The notes beneath the pieces are model-generated. The model was given only the letters and a program-made list of their open reading frames with translations. It ran no database searches and was not told the origin of the DNA. DNA of 63,019 nucleotides, filler included, from Sandaracinaceae bacterium (GTDB lineage: Bacteria; Myxococcota_A; Polyangia; Polyangiales; JADJQN01): assembly GCA_947483975.1 (NCBI GenBank). It is 14 parts of 14 records of this genome, joined end to end, with 100 filler letters (N's around TTAATTAATTAA, not from the genome) between each part and the next. Parts side by side here need not be neighbours in the genome. Positions count along the whole stretch, not along the records: positions 18,460 to 22,924 come from CANKOL010000415.1; positions 23,025 to 27,479 come from CANKOL010000416.1; positions 27,580 to 32,029 come from CANKOL010000417.1; positions 32,130 to 36,559 come from CANKOL010000418.1; 10 more parts are not named here. The stretch is one strand, 5' to 3'. The translations under genes and the position numbers were made by a program. This document shows, one piece after another, positions 20,567-33,124 of this stretch (position 1 is its first letter; every line of letters begins with the position of its first letter).

Positions 20567-22924
20567 TCAGAGGTACGAGCTGATGCCGTACTGACGCTGC
20601 ACGTCGATCAGGTACTCGAGGAACGAGTCCTCCTGAGCGAGGCGCGTGCGAAGCTCGTGCATCCGAGCGATCTGCGCGGCGGTGGGGGTCGGGAGCGCCT
20701 CGAGCGTGCGCGCCTCGTCCTGGACGAGCCGAATGCGCTTGAGGAGGTTCACGCCGAGCTCTTCCTCGGGGAGGTTGTAGTCGTAGCGGGGCCGGATGGC
20801 GAGCGCGACGTACGTCGTGTGCAGGCGATCCGACGAGTACGTGATGTAGTCGGGCAGCGTGCAGCCCGGCGCGCCGTACGCGCAGGTCGGGGTGCCGTCG
20901 GGGTGCGTCGCCGGGATGTCGCCACCCTCGCCGGAGCCCGCCTTGTAGATCATCAGGCGCTGCTCGAACGAGGTGTCGTAGAAGACGGGGAACTGCGCGA
21001 GCGACAGGATCGCCGCCCAGTCGCGGAGCAGCTCCGTGCTCGTGCCGTCGATCGCCGGCTCCGGGTAGGTCGCGTCCACGGTGCCGCGGCAGGGCTCCAC
21101 GCCCGAGGCGCCGCAGTTCGTGTTGCCACGCCACCAGTTGAGGTGCTGGATGGTCGGGCCCGTCGCCGACATCCGAACGCGCGGGGCAAAGCCACGCGTG
21201 TCGTTCTGGATGTAGGCGCCGAAGAACTCGGTCATCTCGAGCGGGAACAGGTCGTAGAAGTTGATGTAGTAGCGCTCGTCGACCGAATACGAGAGGTTCC
21301 AGTCGCGCAGGGCGAGGGCGTACATCGCGAAGAGTTTGTCGTTGAAGACGCCCGCGCGCTCCATCCGGAAGAAGCCGTTCTGGCCCGTCTGGTACGCCGA
21401 CCACATGTTGAAGCCGGTGCCCGGGCGCAGCCCGAAGTCCGCTCCAGCCGCGTCCGGATTGTCGCTGACGCGACGGTAGACGTTCGCCGTGGTGTCGAGC
21501 GTGTAGGCGCCGACGTCCGGCAGCGCGACGATCTCGGCGAACCAGTTCATCGTGTCGATACACGCGCTGTACTGGTCGTCGATGCCGAGCGGACCGCTCT
21601 GCGACCGGAACTCCGGCTCGTTGAAGTAGCGGAAGTAGAGGTGCTGGTAGATCTTCGCCGCGTCCTGGATCGAGCCCCACGAGGCCCGGCCCTGCGCGCC
21701 GCCGCGTCGGTAGTTGCGGTAGTACGCGCGGGGGTAGCCCTCTTCCCAGGTGCGACGGTAGTTGTCGACCGACTCCTGGAAGGACTCGCCCGCGTCGAAG
21801 CGGTTGCACCACGAGATGTCGTCAGTGCGCTCGTCGCCGCAGAACAGGTACTTGATCGGGAAGACCGCCGGCGTGCCCGCCGCCGTGTAGTCCTTGAAGT
21901 CCTCGTCGAAGGTCGAGCAGATGCAGTTGCGGTCGCCGCCACCGGCGTCACACGCCTCCGGCACGGGCGCGTAGCGGGGGTTCTTGATGCACTTCTGGGC
22001 GAAGGGATTCGAGGCGGCCACGCGACCGGGGCCGGCGGGACAGTCCGAGTCCACCGTGCAGCTATCGCCGCCGCGGTAGGTCTGGAGGAGCGTGCGGCTC
22101 GTCGTGTCGGCGTTGACGAGGCCATCGAGGCTGTGGATCGGGCTGGAGGTCTCCGGGTCCGAGGTGTAGGCCTCCTTGACGCCGAAGTAGTTCCACATCG
22201 TCGCGGCGATGTCGTAGCGGCCGATGCCGGACATATCCGACAGGTCACCGTGGTAGTCCATGATCGAGCCGGACATCGTGTTGCCGATGCCGCGAGCGCC
22301 GCGGGCCTTGCGGGCCGCGCGCAGGTCGCGCGAGTAGTTGTTCAGCTCTTGGCCGTTCAGCTCACCGTCGCGGTTGCCGCCGTGCTCGAGGAGGTCGTAG
22401 TCGCCGTAGTACGGCAGCGGCAGATCGCGCGCGATGTTGAAGTAGCCGTCGTAGTAGTTGTTGCGGTCGTAGGTGCCGGCGAAGTTGTGCCGGAGACCGA
22501 CCGAGTGGCCCATCTCGTGATACATGACCGCGCGCAGGAAGGCCTGCTGCATACGGATGGAGGCTTCCTTGTTGCGGGTCGCGGCGTCGCCGATCGTCCC
22601 GAACGCGTTCGCCCAGTACTGCCAGTTGGTCGAGTTGTAGAGGGCAGCCTGCGTGTCGAGACGCGGGCAGATGTTGCGGCGCGACTCGAAGTCCATGCGG
22701 AGCCGGTCACGGTCCGCCGCGCCGAGCACGTTGCCCCGGAACGGCGAGGTGACGGCCATCACGCTCGGCTGAGTCGCGATGGAGTCCTGCGTGAGACCCG
22801 CCATGCTCGGGTCGAGGTTCTGCAGACCGATGCGCGCGTCGACGGCCTCGAGGCCGATGCCCGCCGAGAAGCGACGCTCGATGTCGGTCCCCTCGAGGTT
22901 GCGCATGCGATCCGAGTGGATGAG
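20567..22924 (-). CDS. Large zinc-dependent metzincin metalloprotease (5' truncated)
   Basis: HEMGHSVGLRH (HExxHxxGxxH), Met-turn SIMDY, FCGDE..CNRFDAG. Confidence 0.85.
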   Translation of the reverse strand, partial: LIHSDRMRNLEGTDIERRFSAGIGLEAVDARIGLQNLDPSMAGLTQDSIATQPSVMAVTSPFRGNVLGAADRDRLRMDFESRRNICPRLDTQAALYNSTNWQYWANAFGTIGDAATRNKEASIRMQQAFLRAVMYHEMGHSVGLRHNFAGTYDRNNYYDGYFNIARDLPLPYYGDYDLLEHGGNRDGELNGQELNNYSRDLRAARKARGARGIGNTMSGSIMDYHGDLSDMSGIGRYDIAATMWNYFGVKEAYTSDPETSSPIHSLDGLVNADTTSRTLLQTYRGGDSCTVDSDCPAGPGRVAASNPFAQKCIKNPRYAPVPEACDAGGGDRNCICSTFDEDFKDYTAAGTPAVFPIKYLFCGDERTDDISWCNRFDAGESFQESVDNYRRTWEEGYPRAYYRNYRRGGAQGRASWGSIQDAAKIYQHLYFRYFNEPEFRSQSGPLGIDDQYSACIDTMNWFAEIVALPDVGAYTLDTTANVYRRVSDNPDAAGADFGLRPGTGFNMWSAYQTGQNGFFRMERAGVFNDKLFAMYALALRDWNLSYSVDERYYINFYDLFPLEMTEFFGAYIQNDTRGFAPRVRMSATGPTIQHLNWWRGNTNCGASGVEPCRGTVDATYPEPAIDGTSTELLRDWAAILSLAQFPVFYDTSFEQRLMIYKAGSGEGGDIPATHPDGTPTCAYGAPGCTLPDYITYSSDRLHTTYVALAIRPRYDYNLPEEELGVNLLKRIRLVQDEARTLEALPTPTAAQIARMHELRTRLAQEDSFLEYLIDVQRQYGISSYL

Positions 22925-23024
22925 NNNNNNNNNNNNNNNNNNNNNNNNNNNNNNNNNNNNNNNNNNNNTTAATTAATTAANNNNNNNNNNNNNNNNNNNN
23001 NNNNNNNNNNNNNNNNNNNNNNNN

Positions 23025-23373
23025 ACTCTGCCGCGTCGCCCGCGTCGAGCTCGAAGCCCGCGTGAACGCGCCGCGCGAAGCCGAGGACCTCCGCGCAAAA
23101 CGGCACGACGAGCGAGTGGGCGGGCGGGCTCACCTCGGCCGCGCCGAGCCGCGCGGACGCGCCCACCGACGCAGCGCGCCGCAGCGTGTCCTGATCGACC
23201 GCGCCTGGGTCGCTGCGCTGCAGCGCGGAGTCGAGCGCCTGCACGAGCCACCGCGTCTGCGCGATGCCGACGGCGACCTCTGCGTGCGCGACGAGCCAAT
23301 CGACGCGCGCCGCCGCGACGGCCGCCTCCACGTCTCCGACGCTCGGAGGAGACACTGCTCGAGCCTGGTCCAC
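23025..23373 (-). CDS. Hypothetical protein (3' truncated)
   Basis: ORF directly downstream of the YbjN-like gene. Confidence 0.4.
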
Positions 23374-23380
23374 GCGCGGA

Positions 23381-23866
23381 TCAGTCGTGCGAGTCGTCGT
23401 CCGCGCCGTGCTCGTCGGCGCTGCGCGCGGCCCAGCGCTTGCGCTGCGCGGGCGTGCCGAGGCCGCGATCGAGCAAGTACGGCGCGAGGTCGTCGTCGAG
23501 CAGCTCGCGGATCGTGTCCGCTCGGTCGGCGAGGCGCTCCGCGAGCAGGTCGACGTCCGCGCTCAGGTCCGCGTCCACGTCGGCGTGCACGACCAACAGG
23601 CCCTCCTCGTCGAGCCCGATCTTCACGTCCCAGTACTGCGCGTTCGTCGCGAGGCACCACACGAGCAACTCCGGCCCTGAGCCGACGGCGGGCGGCAGAT
23701 GCGTCGCGACGCGGATCGACTCGGCCTCTTCGTCCCAGTCGAGCCGCAGCACGAGCATCCCGTAGCGAGCGTCGAGCGCCGCGCGCAAGCCCATGCCGCT
23801 GCGCGTGAGGCCGGGGAGGCGCCCTGCGAGTTTCTTGCGGAGCGCGTCGAGCATGGCTTCAGGCAT
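23381..23866 (-). CDS. YbjN/CesT-like chaperone-fold protein
   Basis: LLVWCLATN...VKIGLDEEGLLVVHAD pattern; small acidic protein. Confidence 0.5.
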   Translation of the reverse strand: MPEAMLDALRKKLAGRLPGLTRSGMGLRAALDARYGMLVLRLDWDEEAESIRVATHLPPAVGSGPELLVWCLATNAQYWDVKIGLDEEGLLVVHADVDADLSADVDLLAERLADRADTIRELLDDDLAPYLLDRGLGTPAQRKRWAARSADEHGADDDSHD

Positions 23867-23942
23867 GGCGGGAGGATGCGGCGCGCGACGGCGCGCGCAA
23901 GCGGGGAGCGCGACGGCAAGCGGAGCGGCGAGTGAGCCGCGC

Positions 23943-24575
23943 TCAGCGGCGCGGGCGCTGCTGCTGCTGCATCAAGGTCATCGCGAGCGCGAGCGCGCGC
24001 GACGCATCCCCGACGATCTTCAGCTTGCTCATGAAGAGCTGCTGCGGCGTCAGCGCACCGGCGCGCACCTCCTCGAGGTCGTCGTAGTCCACCGTCACGG
24101 TGAAGCCGGGCTTCTCGGGCGGGCCCTCGACGCCGATGCCGATGCGGATGGTCACGCTGTCGAGCTCGGGCACGTTCTTCAGGATGACGTGAAACGCCAG
24201 CTTCTCCTTGTCGACCAGCTTCTCGGTCTTTCCAGAGGCGAGCCCGGCGACCCGGAGCGGCGCGTCCGGGTGCGCGAGGCTGCCGCTCTCCTCGAGCAGC
24301 TCGAGCCCACCGCGCAACGCCTCGGCGGGCACCGCGATGCAGAAGCGCACGGGCAGCTCCGGGCGCGCGCGCTGCCCCTTCATCGTGCCCGCGTCGACTG
24401 CGAGATAGACCTCGCCGCCGCCCTCGCCCTCGAGCACGAGCTGCACTCCGCCGCGCGCCGCGCGGACGTCGGCGAGACGGCTCTGCGCCTCGGGCGAGGC
24501 AGCGAGCGCCTCGACGCCGCGCGTGAAGAGCTCAGGGAGGGTCTCGAGGAAGAAGGCGATCGGGTCGGTGCTCAT
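23943..24575 (-). CDS. SCP2 sterol/lipid-binding domain protein
   Basis: C-terminal GALTPQQLFMSKLKIVGDASRALAL SCP2-like signature. Confidence 0.75.
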   Translation of the reverse strand: MSTDPIAFFLETLPELFTRGVEALAASPEAQSRLADVRAARGGVQLVLEGEGGGEVYLAVDAGTMKGQRARPELPVRFCIAVPAEALRGGLELLEESGSLAHPDAPLRVAGLASGKTEKLVDKEKLAFHVILKNVPELDSVTIRIGIGVEGPPEKPGFTVTVDYDDLEEVRAGALTPQQLFMSKLKIVGDASRALALAMTLMQQQQRPRR

Positions 24576-24681
24576 GGCGCGTACGGATACGGCGCGAGAG
24601 CGCGCCCGGTCAAGGGGCGCGTGCGCGTTCTGCGTGAGCGTTCCCGTGGACAGTCCGCCCCGCCGAGCACAGAGAGCGAGC

Positions 24682-26907
24682 GTGAGCACTCCAACGCCCC
24701 CGACGACGCTCCGATTCCCGGTCGAAGGCATGACCTGCGCCTCGTGCGTCGGGCGAGTCGAGCGCGCGCTCGCGAAGGTGCCGGGCGTCAGCCAAGCGTT
24801 CGTCAGCCTCGCGACGGAAGAGGCCACCGTGCACCTCGGCGAGCAGAGCGAGGCGCTGCGCGCGGCGCTCACCGAGGCGATCGAGAAGGCGGGCTATCAC
24901 GCGCGGATGCCTGAGCTCGCGGTGGCGGGCGCGCCGCCTCGAGCGGCGGCGATCGAGGCGCCTCCCCCGAGCGGCACGGCGGCGAGCGCGAGGCTCTTCT
25001 TCGCGACGGCGTTGTCGGTGCCGCTGATGCTGCTCGCGATGGTCCCGGCGCTGCACTTCGCGGGGAATTCCTACGTGCAGGCGGTGCTCGCGGCGGCGGT
25101 CACGTTCGGCGCCGGCGCGCCGTTCTTCCTCGCCGCGGCGAAGAACCTGCGGCACCTGAACGCGACGATGGACACGCTCGTCGCGACGGGCTCGGGCGCG
25201 GCGTACGCGTACTCGCTCGCGGTGATCTTGCGCGCGGGCCCGCAGAGCGCGGCGCACCTCGGGATGCACGGCGCGGAGCACCTCTACTTCGAGACGGCGG
25301 GCATGATCGTGACGCTCGTGCTGCTCGGCAAGTGGCTCGAGGCGCGCGCGCGACGGCACGCGACGGACGCGCTCAGCTCGCTCGCGCGGCTGCAGCCGAC
25401 GACGGCGCGCGTCGTGCGCGGCGGGGTCGAGCGCGAGCTACCCGTCGCCGAGGTGCTCGCCGGAGACCTCGTGCGCGTGCGCGCCGACGAGCGCATCCCG
25501 GTCGACGGCATCGTGCGCGAGGGCACGTCGAGCGCAGACGAGTCGCTCGTGACGGGCGAGAGCCTGCCGGTGCTCAAGACGCCGGGCGACGCCGTGATCG
25601 GCGGCACGCTCGCCCTCGGCGCGCCGCTCGTGCTCGAGGCGACGCGCGTCGGCGCAGACGCGACGCTCGCGCGCATCGTGCGGCTCGTCGCGGACGCGCA
25701 GGCGTCGCGCGCGCCGGTGCAGCGGCTCGCGGACAAGATCAGCGGCGTCTTCGTGCCGGTCGTGGTGAGCCTCGCGCTCCTGACGCTGGTCGGCTGGCTG
25801 CTCGCGGGCGCGCCGCTCGACACCGCGCTGCTGACGGCCGTCTCGGTGCTCGTGATCGCGTGCCCGTGCGCGCTCGGGCTCGCGACGCCGACCGCGATCA
25901 TCGTCGGCACGGGGCTCGCGGCGCGGCACGGCGTGCTCGTGAAGGACGCGGAGGCGCTCGAGCGCGCGCGCCTCGTGGACGCGGTCGTGCTCGACAAGAC
26001 GGGCACGCTGACGCGGGGCGCGCCGGAGCTGACGGACGTCGTGTGTCTCGGCGCGATGGGTGAAGCCGAGGTGCTCGCGCTCGCCGCGGCGATCGAGGCC
26101 GAGAGCGTGCATCCGCTCGCGCTCGCCGTCGTGCGCGCCGCGCGCGCCAAGAAGCTCGTCGTGGCGCGGGCGGCGGGCGTGGTGTCGGAGCTTGGGGTCG
26201 GGATGCGCGGCACGGTCGGGACGCAGCGCATGTTCGTCGGCGCGGTGCCGAAGGACGACGCGCCCGACGTCGAGGCCGCGCGGGCGGCGCTGAGCGCTCA
26301 GGCGCGGAGCGTCGTGCTCGTGCGCGTCGACGACGTCGCGGTCGCGGTGCTCGGTGTGCGAGATCCGGTGCGCGCGACGAGCGCGGCCGCCGTCGCGCGG
26401 CTACGCGGGCTCGGCATCGAGGTGCACGTCGTCAGCGGTGATCACGCGGAGGTCGCGCGCTCGGTCGCGCGGGAGGTCGGCATCGACCCCGCCAACGTGC
26501 GCGGAGGCGCGCGCCCCGAGGACAAGGTCGCGGTGATCAAGGCGCTGCAAGCGCGCGGTCGGGTCGTCGGCATGGTCGGCGACGGCGTGAACGACGCGCC
26601 CGCGCTCGCGGCGGCGGACGTCGGCTTCGCGATCGGAGGCGGCACCGACGTCGCGACGGACGCGGCCGCGGTCACGCTCGTGCGCGGCGATATCAGCGCC
26701 GTCGCGGACGCGATCGAGACGAGCCGGCAGACGATGCGCACCGTGCGACAGAACCTCTTCTTCGCCTTCGCGTACAACGTCGCCGGCATCCCGCTCGCGG
26801 CGTTTGGCCTGCTGACGGCGCTCGGCGGGCCGATGCTCGCGGCGGGCGCGATGGCGATGAGCTCCGTCACCGTGGTCCTCAACGCGCTCCGCCTCGGGCG
26901 CCGCTGA
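24682..26907 (+). CDS. copA: Cu+-exporting P1B-type ATPase
   Basis: GMTCASC, TGES, CPC, DKTGT, GDGVNDAP, YN and MAMSS motifs. Confidence 0.9.
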   Translation: MSTPTPPTTLRFPVEGMTCASCVGRVERALAKVPGVSQAFVSLATEEATVHLGEQSEALRAALTEAIEKAGYHARMPELAVAGAPPRAAAIEAPPPSGTAASARLFFATALSVPLMLLAMVPALHFAGNSYVQAVLAAAVTFGAGAPFFLAAAKNLRHLNATMDTLVATGSGAAYAYSLAVILRAGPQSAAHLGMHGAEHLYFETAGMIVTLVLLGKWLEARARRHATDALSSLARLQPTTARVVRGGVERELPVAEVLAGDLVRVRADERIPVDGIVREGTSSADESLVTGESLPVLKTPGDAVIGGTLALGAPLVLEATRVGADATLARIVRLVADAQASRAPVQRLADKISGVFVPVVVSLALLTLVGWLLAGAPLDTALLTAVSVLVIACPCALGLATPTAIIVGTGLAARHGVLVKDAEALERARLVDAVVLDKTGTLTRGAPELTDVVCLGAMGEAEVLALAAAIEAESVHPLALAVVRAARAKKLVVARAAGVVSELGVGMRGTVGTQRMFVGAVPKDDAPDVEAARAALSAQARSVVLVRVDDVAVAVLGVRDPVRATSAAAVARLRGLGIEVHVVSGDHAEVARSVAREVGIDPANVRGGARPEDKVAVIKALQARGRVVGMVGDGVNDAPALAAADVGFAIGGGTDVATDAAAVTLVRGDISAVADAIETSRQTMRTVRQNLFFAFAYNVAGIPLAAFGLLTALGGPMLAAGAMAMSSVTVVLNALRLGRR

Positions 26908-26991
26908 GCGCCGCTGAGCGCCGCTCAAACGGCGAATTCCCTTCGTGCGAGCGTGCGCTCCGCTGCTAACCTCGGCCGCCCACGGAGCGAC

Positions 26992-27303
26992 ATGAAGCAC
27001 AGCGTCCCGCACGATCTCAGCCCCGAGCTCGCCAAGACCGCCGCAGAGAAAGCCTTCGCCGCCTACGCCGAGCGCTTCGCGGAGTACCGCCCGGTGATGC
27101 GCTGGCTGACCGACAAGCGCTCCGAGACGAGCTTCACGGTGAAGGGCATGACCCTGACGGGCACGATCGAGCTCGGCACGCGCGAGATCCTGATCGACCT
27201 CGAGGTGCCGTTTTTGCTCCGCCCGTTCAAGTCGAAGGCGATCGAGGTCATCGAGCGCGAGATCCGCGTCTGGGTCGGCCGCGCGCAGGCCGGGCAGCTC
27301 TGA
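26992..27303 (+). CDS. Polyhydroxyalkanoic acid system family protein
   Basis: MKHSVPHDL...LEVPFLLRPFKSK pattern; 103 aa. Confidence 0.6.
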   Translation: MKHSVPHDLSPELAKTAAEKAFAAYAERFAEYRPVMRWLTDKRSETSFTVKGMTLTGTIELGTREILIDLEVPFLLRPFKSKAIEVIEREIRVWVGRAQAGQL

Positions 27304-27579
27304 CGCCGCCCGGCGCGAGGTCACGCGCGCAGCGCGGGCGGAGTCACATCGGGTAGGAGTCGCGCGTGTTGGTCGTGGTGCCGGCGGCGCCGCTCGTGCC
27401 GCACGAGGTGCCGCCCGAGCCGCCCGCGCCGATGACGAAGACGCTCGCGCTGAGCTCGCGATATTGCGCGCTGGGCCCGNNNNNNNNNNNNNNNNNNNNN
27501 NNNNNNNNNNNNNNNNNNNNNNNTTAATTAATTAANNNNNNNNNNNNNNNNNNNNNNNNNNNNNNNNNNNNNNNNNNNN

Positions 27580-27748
27580 CGTCGCGCGCCATCACGGCGG
27601 CGTCGTCCGCGGTCGCGTCGAGCGTCCCGGCGTCCGGGTAGGCGCGCGTCGTCGGGAACGCGTCGTCACCCGCGCACGCAGCGAGCGTCAGCGCCGCGAG
27701 GAGCGCGCCCGTGAGCGAGAACGCGTAGGAATGTGCGAGTCGCCGCAT
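27580..27748 (-). CDS. Lipoprotein N-terminus (truncated)
   Basis: LTLAAC lipobox followed by PDAG. Confidence 0.55.
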
Positions 27749-27801
27749 GCGTGCCGAACCTGCGCAGGATGATACGCTGACCGCAACCAGCCGGAGGACC
27801 G

Positions 27802-29862
<2,061 letters not shown>

Positions 29863-29873
29863 CGCCCGACGAG

Positions 29874-29926
29874 GAAGCCCGCCGACCCTCCGCGGACGCG
29901 TTCACGCGCGGTAGGAGGCGGGCTTC
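29874..29926 (+). terminator. Hairpin after prkA
   Basis: gaagcccgcc ... ggcgggcttc inverted repeat; no U-tract. Confidence 0.45.
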
Positions 29927-29988
29927 GCCTGTGCTAGAGGACGGCGGCGTGCCCGTCGTGCGTGGGGGGCGCCGCGTGGAGGCTTCGC

Positions 29989-31365
29989 ATGGCGAATTCG
30001 ATCAGAGTGGCGCGCGTCGCGATCGTCGGTCTGTGCGGGCTACTCGGGCTCGGTGGCTGCAGCGCGATCGTCGGGGGAGTGCTCGACGGCAAGAGCGCCG
30101 ACGCGGGCGTCGCCGGCGACATGCTCCCGCCGGGGCGCTGCGCGACTGACGAGCAGTGTCGAAACGCCAACGCGTGCGACGGTGTCGAGCGCTGCGGAGA
30201 CGGCCTCTGCTTCGCAGGCACGCGGGCGGGGGACGGCACGACCTGCGACGCGGACTTCGATGCGGAGACGCGGGACCTCTGCCTCGCGGCGCACTGCGTG
30301 CAGTCGATCTGCGGGGACGGCTTCACCGACATGCCGAGCGAGGCTTGCGACGACGGGAACACGACCGACGGGGACGGCTGTGACGCGGACTGCACGACCT
30401 CGTGCTCGGGGCCCGCGGACTGCGACGACGGCGATCCGTGCACGGACGATCGGTGCTTCGAGGCGATGCGCTGCGAGCACGATCCGCTCGATGGCCCCTC
30501 CTGCGGCCTGGACGGCGTTTGCCAGAGCGGACTCTGCGTACCCGCCGGCTGCGGCAACGGCACGGTCGACATGGCGGTCGGCGAGCAGTGCGACCCGCCC
30601 GACGGCGCAGGCTGTATGCCGAACTGCCAGTGGCAGTGCGAGATCGACGCGCAATGCGAGGACGGGGACGTGTGCAACGGCGTGTCCACCTGCGACCTCG
30701 CCAGCCACAAATGCCAAGGCACCTCCGACCTCGTCTGCAACGACGGCAACGCCTGCACGCTGGACTCCTGCGATGCGCTCGCGGGCTGCCTGTATGCGAT
30801 CGAGGACGTCGACGGCGACGGCCACGCGGCGATGCTGTGCGGGGATGATTGCGACGACGCAGACGCCTCCGTCCATCCGGGCGCGCCGGAGACCTGCAAC
30901 GGCATCGACGACGACTGCAACGGGGCGGTCGACGACAACCCGGCGACGATCTCCTGGTTCTTCGACAAGGACGGGGACGGCTACGGCAACCCGATGGACG
31001 CCGTCTCGAGCTGCGTGCCTCCGGTGGGCTATGTGGCGAACTCGGAGGACTGCTACGACGGGAACTCGAACGCGCACCCGTACCGCGGAATCGTGCCGTT
31101 CTTCGCGGTCGAGCGCGGAGACAGCTCCTTCGACTACGACTGCAACGGGACCGAAGACCGGCAGTTCGGTCCGCCGATGTGCGCTGTCGGCGGGCGCAAC
31201 ACCTGCCCGGTCGGGCGCGACAGCTGCATCGGGACCGCGGGCATCATCGACGTTCGCTCGAACTGCGGCGCGTCCTATACGCTCGTGAGCTGCGCAAGCT
31301 GCGCGACGTCGCTCGGAGTGTGCGGCGCTGTGCCGGGCGCAACCGTTACTCAAGGCTGCAATTGA
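29989..31365 (+). CDS. Cys-rich lipoprotein with myxobacterial Cys repeats and MopE-type metal-binding motifs
   Basis: LGGC lipobox; CGDG..EACDDGNTTDGDGC; DVDGDGH..DCDD..HPGAPETCNGIDDDCNG. Confidence 0.85.
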   Translation: MANSIRVARVAIVGLCGLLGLGGCSAIVGGVLDGKSADAGVAGDMLPPGRCATDEQCRNANACDGVERCGDGLCFAGTRAGDGTTCDADFDAETRDLCLAAHCVQSICGDGFTDMPSEACDDGNTTDGDGCDADCTTSCSGPADCDDGDPCTDDRCFEAMRCEHDPLDGPSCGLDGVCQSGLCVPAGCGNGTVDMAVGEQCDPPDGAGCMPNCQWQCEIDAQCEDGDVCNGVSTCDLASHKCQGTSDLVCNDGNACTLDSCDALAGCLYAIEDVDGDGHAAMLCGDDCDDADASVHPGAPETCNGIDDDCNGAVDDNPATISWFFDKDGDGYGNPMDAVSSCVPPVGYVANSEDCYDGNSNAHPYRGIVPFFAVERGDSSFDYDCNGTEDRQFGPPMCAVGGRNTCPVGRDSCIGTAGIIDVRSNCGASYTLVSCASCATSLGVCGAVPGATVTQGCN

Positions 31366-31382
31366 GCCGCTCGCTTCGGAGA

Positions 31383-32029
31383 ATGAGACCATCCATGAAC
31401 ATCGCTCTTCAGACCACCTCGGTGGCAGTTCTGTGCGTCGCCCTGGCGCTCTCCTCAGCGCTCGTCTCTCCTGCGAGCGTCTCGGCGCAAGCGCATGGCG
31501 AGGACGCGCGGGCGCTCTTCGCGCGCGGGCAGACGGCGTATCGACAGGGCGACTACGACGCCGCGATCACCGCCTGGACCTCCGCGTACACGCAGGACCC
31601 TCGGCCGCTGCTCCAGTACAACCTCGCGCAGGCGTATGAGCGCCTGGGACAGCTCGTCGAGGCGAAGACCGCGCTCGAGAAGTACGTCGCCGAGGCGGAC
31701 CCGAGCGACCCCAACCAAGGCGACGCGAGGGCGCGCCTCTCCTCGTTGCGGGAGCGCCTCGCGCGCACCGGCGTCACGCTGACGGGCGGCCCCGAGGGCG
31801 CGACGATCCTGATCGACGGCGAGGACAAGGGCCGCACGCCGCGCCCGGACGCGATCTCCGTGGCGCCAGGGAATCATCGCGTCGTCATCCGCCTCGCGGG
31901 CTATGCCGACTTCAACTCGACGGTCGTCGTGCCGGCGGGTCAGGCCGTGGCGGTGGCCATCGAGATGACCGCCAGCGCGGTGAGCGGCGGCAACGGCGAC
32001 ACCGGCAGCGGCGACACCGGCAGCGGCGA
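31383..32029 (+). CDS. TPR plus PEGA domain protein (3' truncated)
   Basis: Signal peptide, ARALFARG..LLQYNLAQAYE TPR, PEGATILIDG..GRTP; start 31383 or 31395. Confidence 0.85.
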
Positions 32030-32129
32030 NNNNNNNNNNNNNNNNNNNNNNNNNNNNNNNNNNNNNNNNNNNNTTAATTAATTAANNNNNNNNNNNNNNN
32101 NNNNNNNNNNNNNNNNNNNNNNNNNNNNN

Positions 32130-33033
32130 TCAGATCAACGAGGCGAACCAGGCGTTCATCGACCGCACGCTCTACACGCCGCAGCAGCCTGATCGCTTGG
32201 CGCTGCGCTACCTGAGCCCGCGCGACGTCGGGCTGATGTTCACGGGGCTCGTCGGCAACACCGACCCCGACGTGGAGTCGCCCGCGCTGCAGTACTGGGC
32301 AGGCGTGTTCCTCGGGCGCGGCGCGAACCAGGTCGTCAACGACGACAACGCGTTCCTCTACTCGGCGCGCGTGAACTTTCACGTCCTCGGCCCGCCGAAG
32401 GGCGCCGACCAAGAGAGCGACCTCGCGCACAACGAGCACCCGCACGTCGCCGCGGGCGCTGGCCTCTACACGAACTGCGACGACCGCGGGAACTACAACC
32501 GCGGCATGACGTTCGACTCGGAGTTCCGCTATCGCGGGTTCTACGCGTACGCGAGCTTCGTGCGCTTCTACAACGGGGCCGTGCGCAACGACTCGCTCGG
32601 CAAGTTCCTCGCGTACGACGGTTCGTGCGGCGGCGGGATCGCCGGCGCCGTGGACAGCGTCGCCTGGGGCGCGAGCGTGCAGGCGCAGTACGTGCTGCCG
32701 CAGAGCGTGTTCCCCGTCGCCGATCAGGCGCTCGAGGTGCTCGCGCGCTTCGACACCGTCGCGCCGCTCAACCCCGCGGACGGCTCGTTCCTCGGCGGCG
32801 GCACGAGCACGCCGGGCTATGCGGCGCCGCCCAATTACAAGGACTCCGACAACGCGCCCTCGCGCTGGCGCCTGACCTTCGGGCTCAACTGGTTCCCGAC
32901 GCACGAGCAGACGATTCGCCTGTCCGTGAACTATCAGCTCAATCGCGAGCTAGAGAACGCCGTCATCGCAGGGCGGGAGTTCGTCGGCGTCAAGAACGAC
33001 ATCCTCTGGCTGCAAGGCACGGTTGGATTCTGA
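32130..33033 (+). CDS. Porin, OprO/OprP phosphate-selective-like (5' truncated)
   Basis: RDVGLM, YSARV...ESDL, TFGLNWF..IRLSVNY, C-terminal Phe. Confidence 0.6.
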
Positions 33034-33124
33034 GGGGCTGTGTCGCGCGTCGAGTGGACTCCGACACACGCTCGTTGCCTGAAGTTCGCAGTCCTGCGCA
33101 GGGGCGTCTGCCACCTTCAGCGCC

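Noticed and set aside
26898..26927. cgccgctgag x2 plus cgccgctca at the copA stop
   Set aside because: A short local duplication or palindrome with no evident function.
29989..31365. Cys-rich protein as a RiPP precursor
   Set aside because: It matches common myxobacterial Cys-rich and MopE-type surface repeats, and no modifying enzymes are adjacent.
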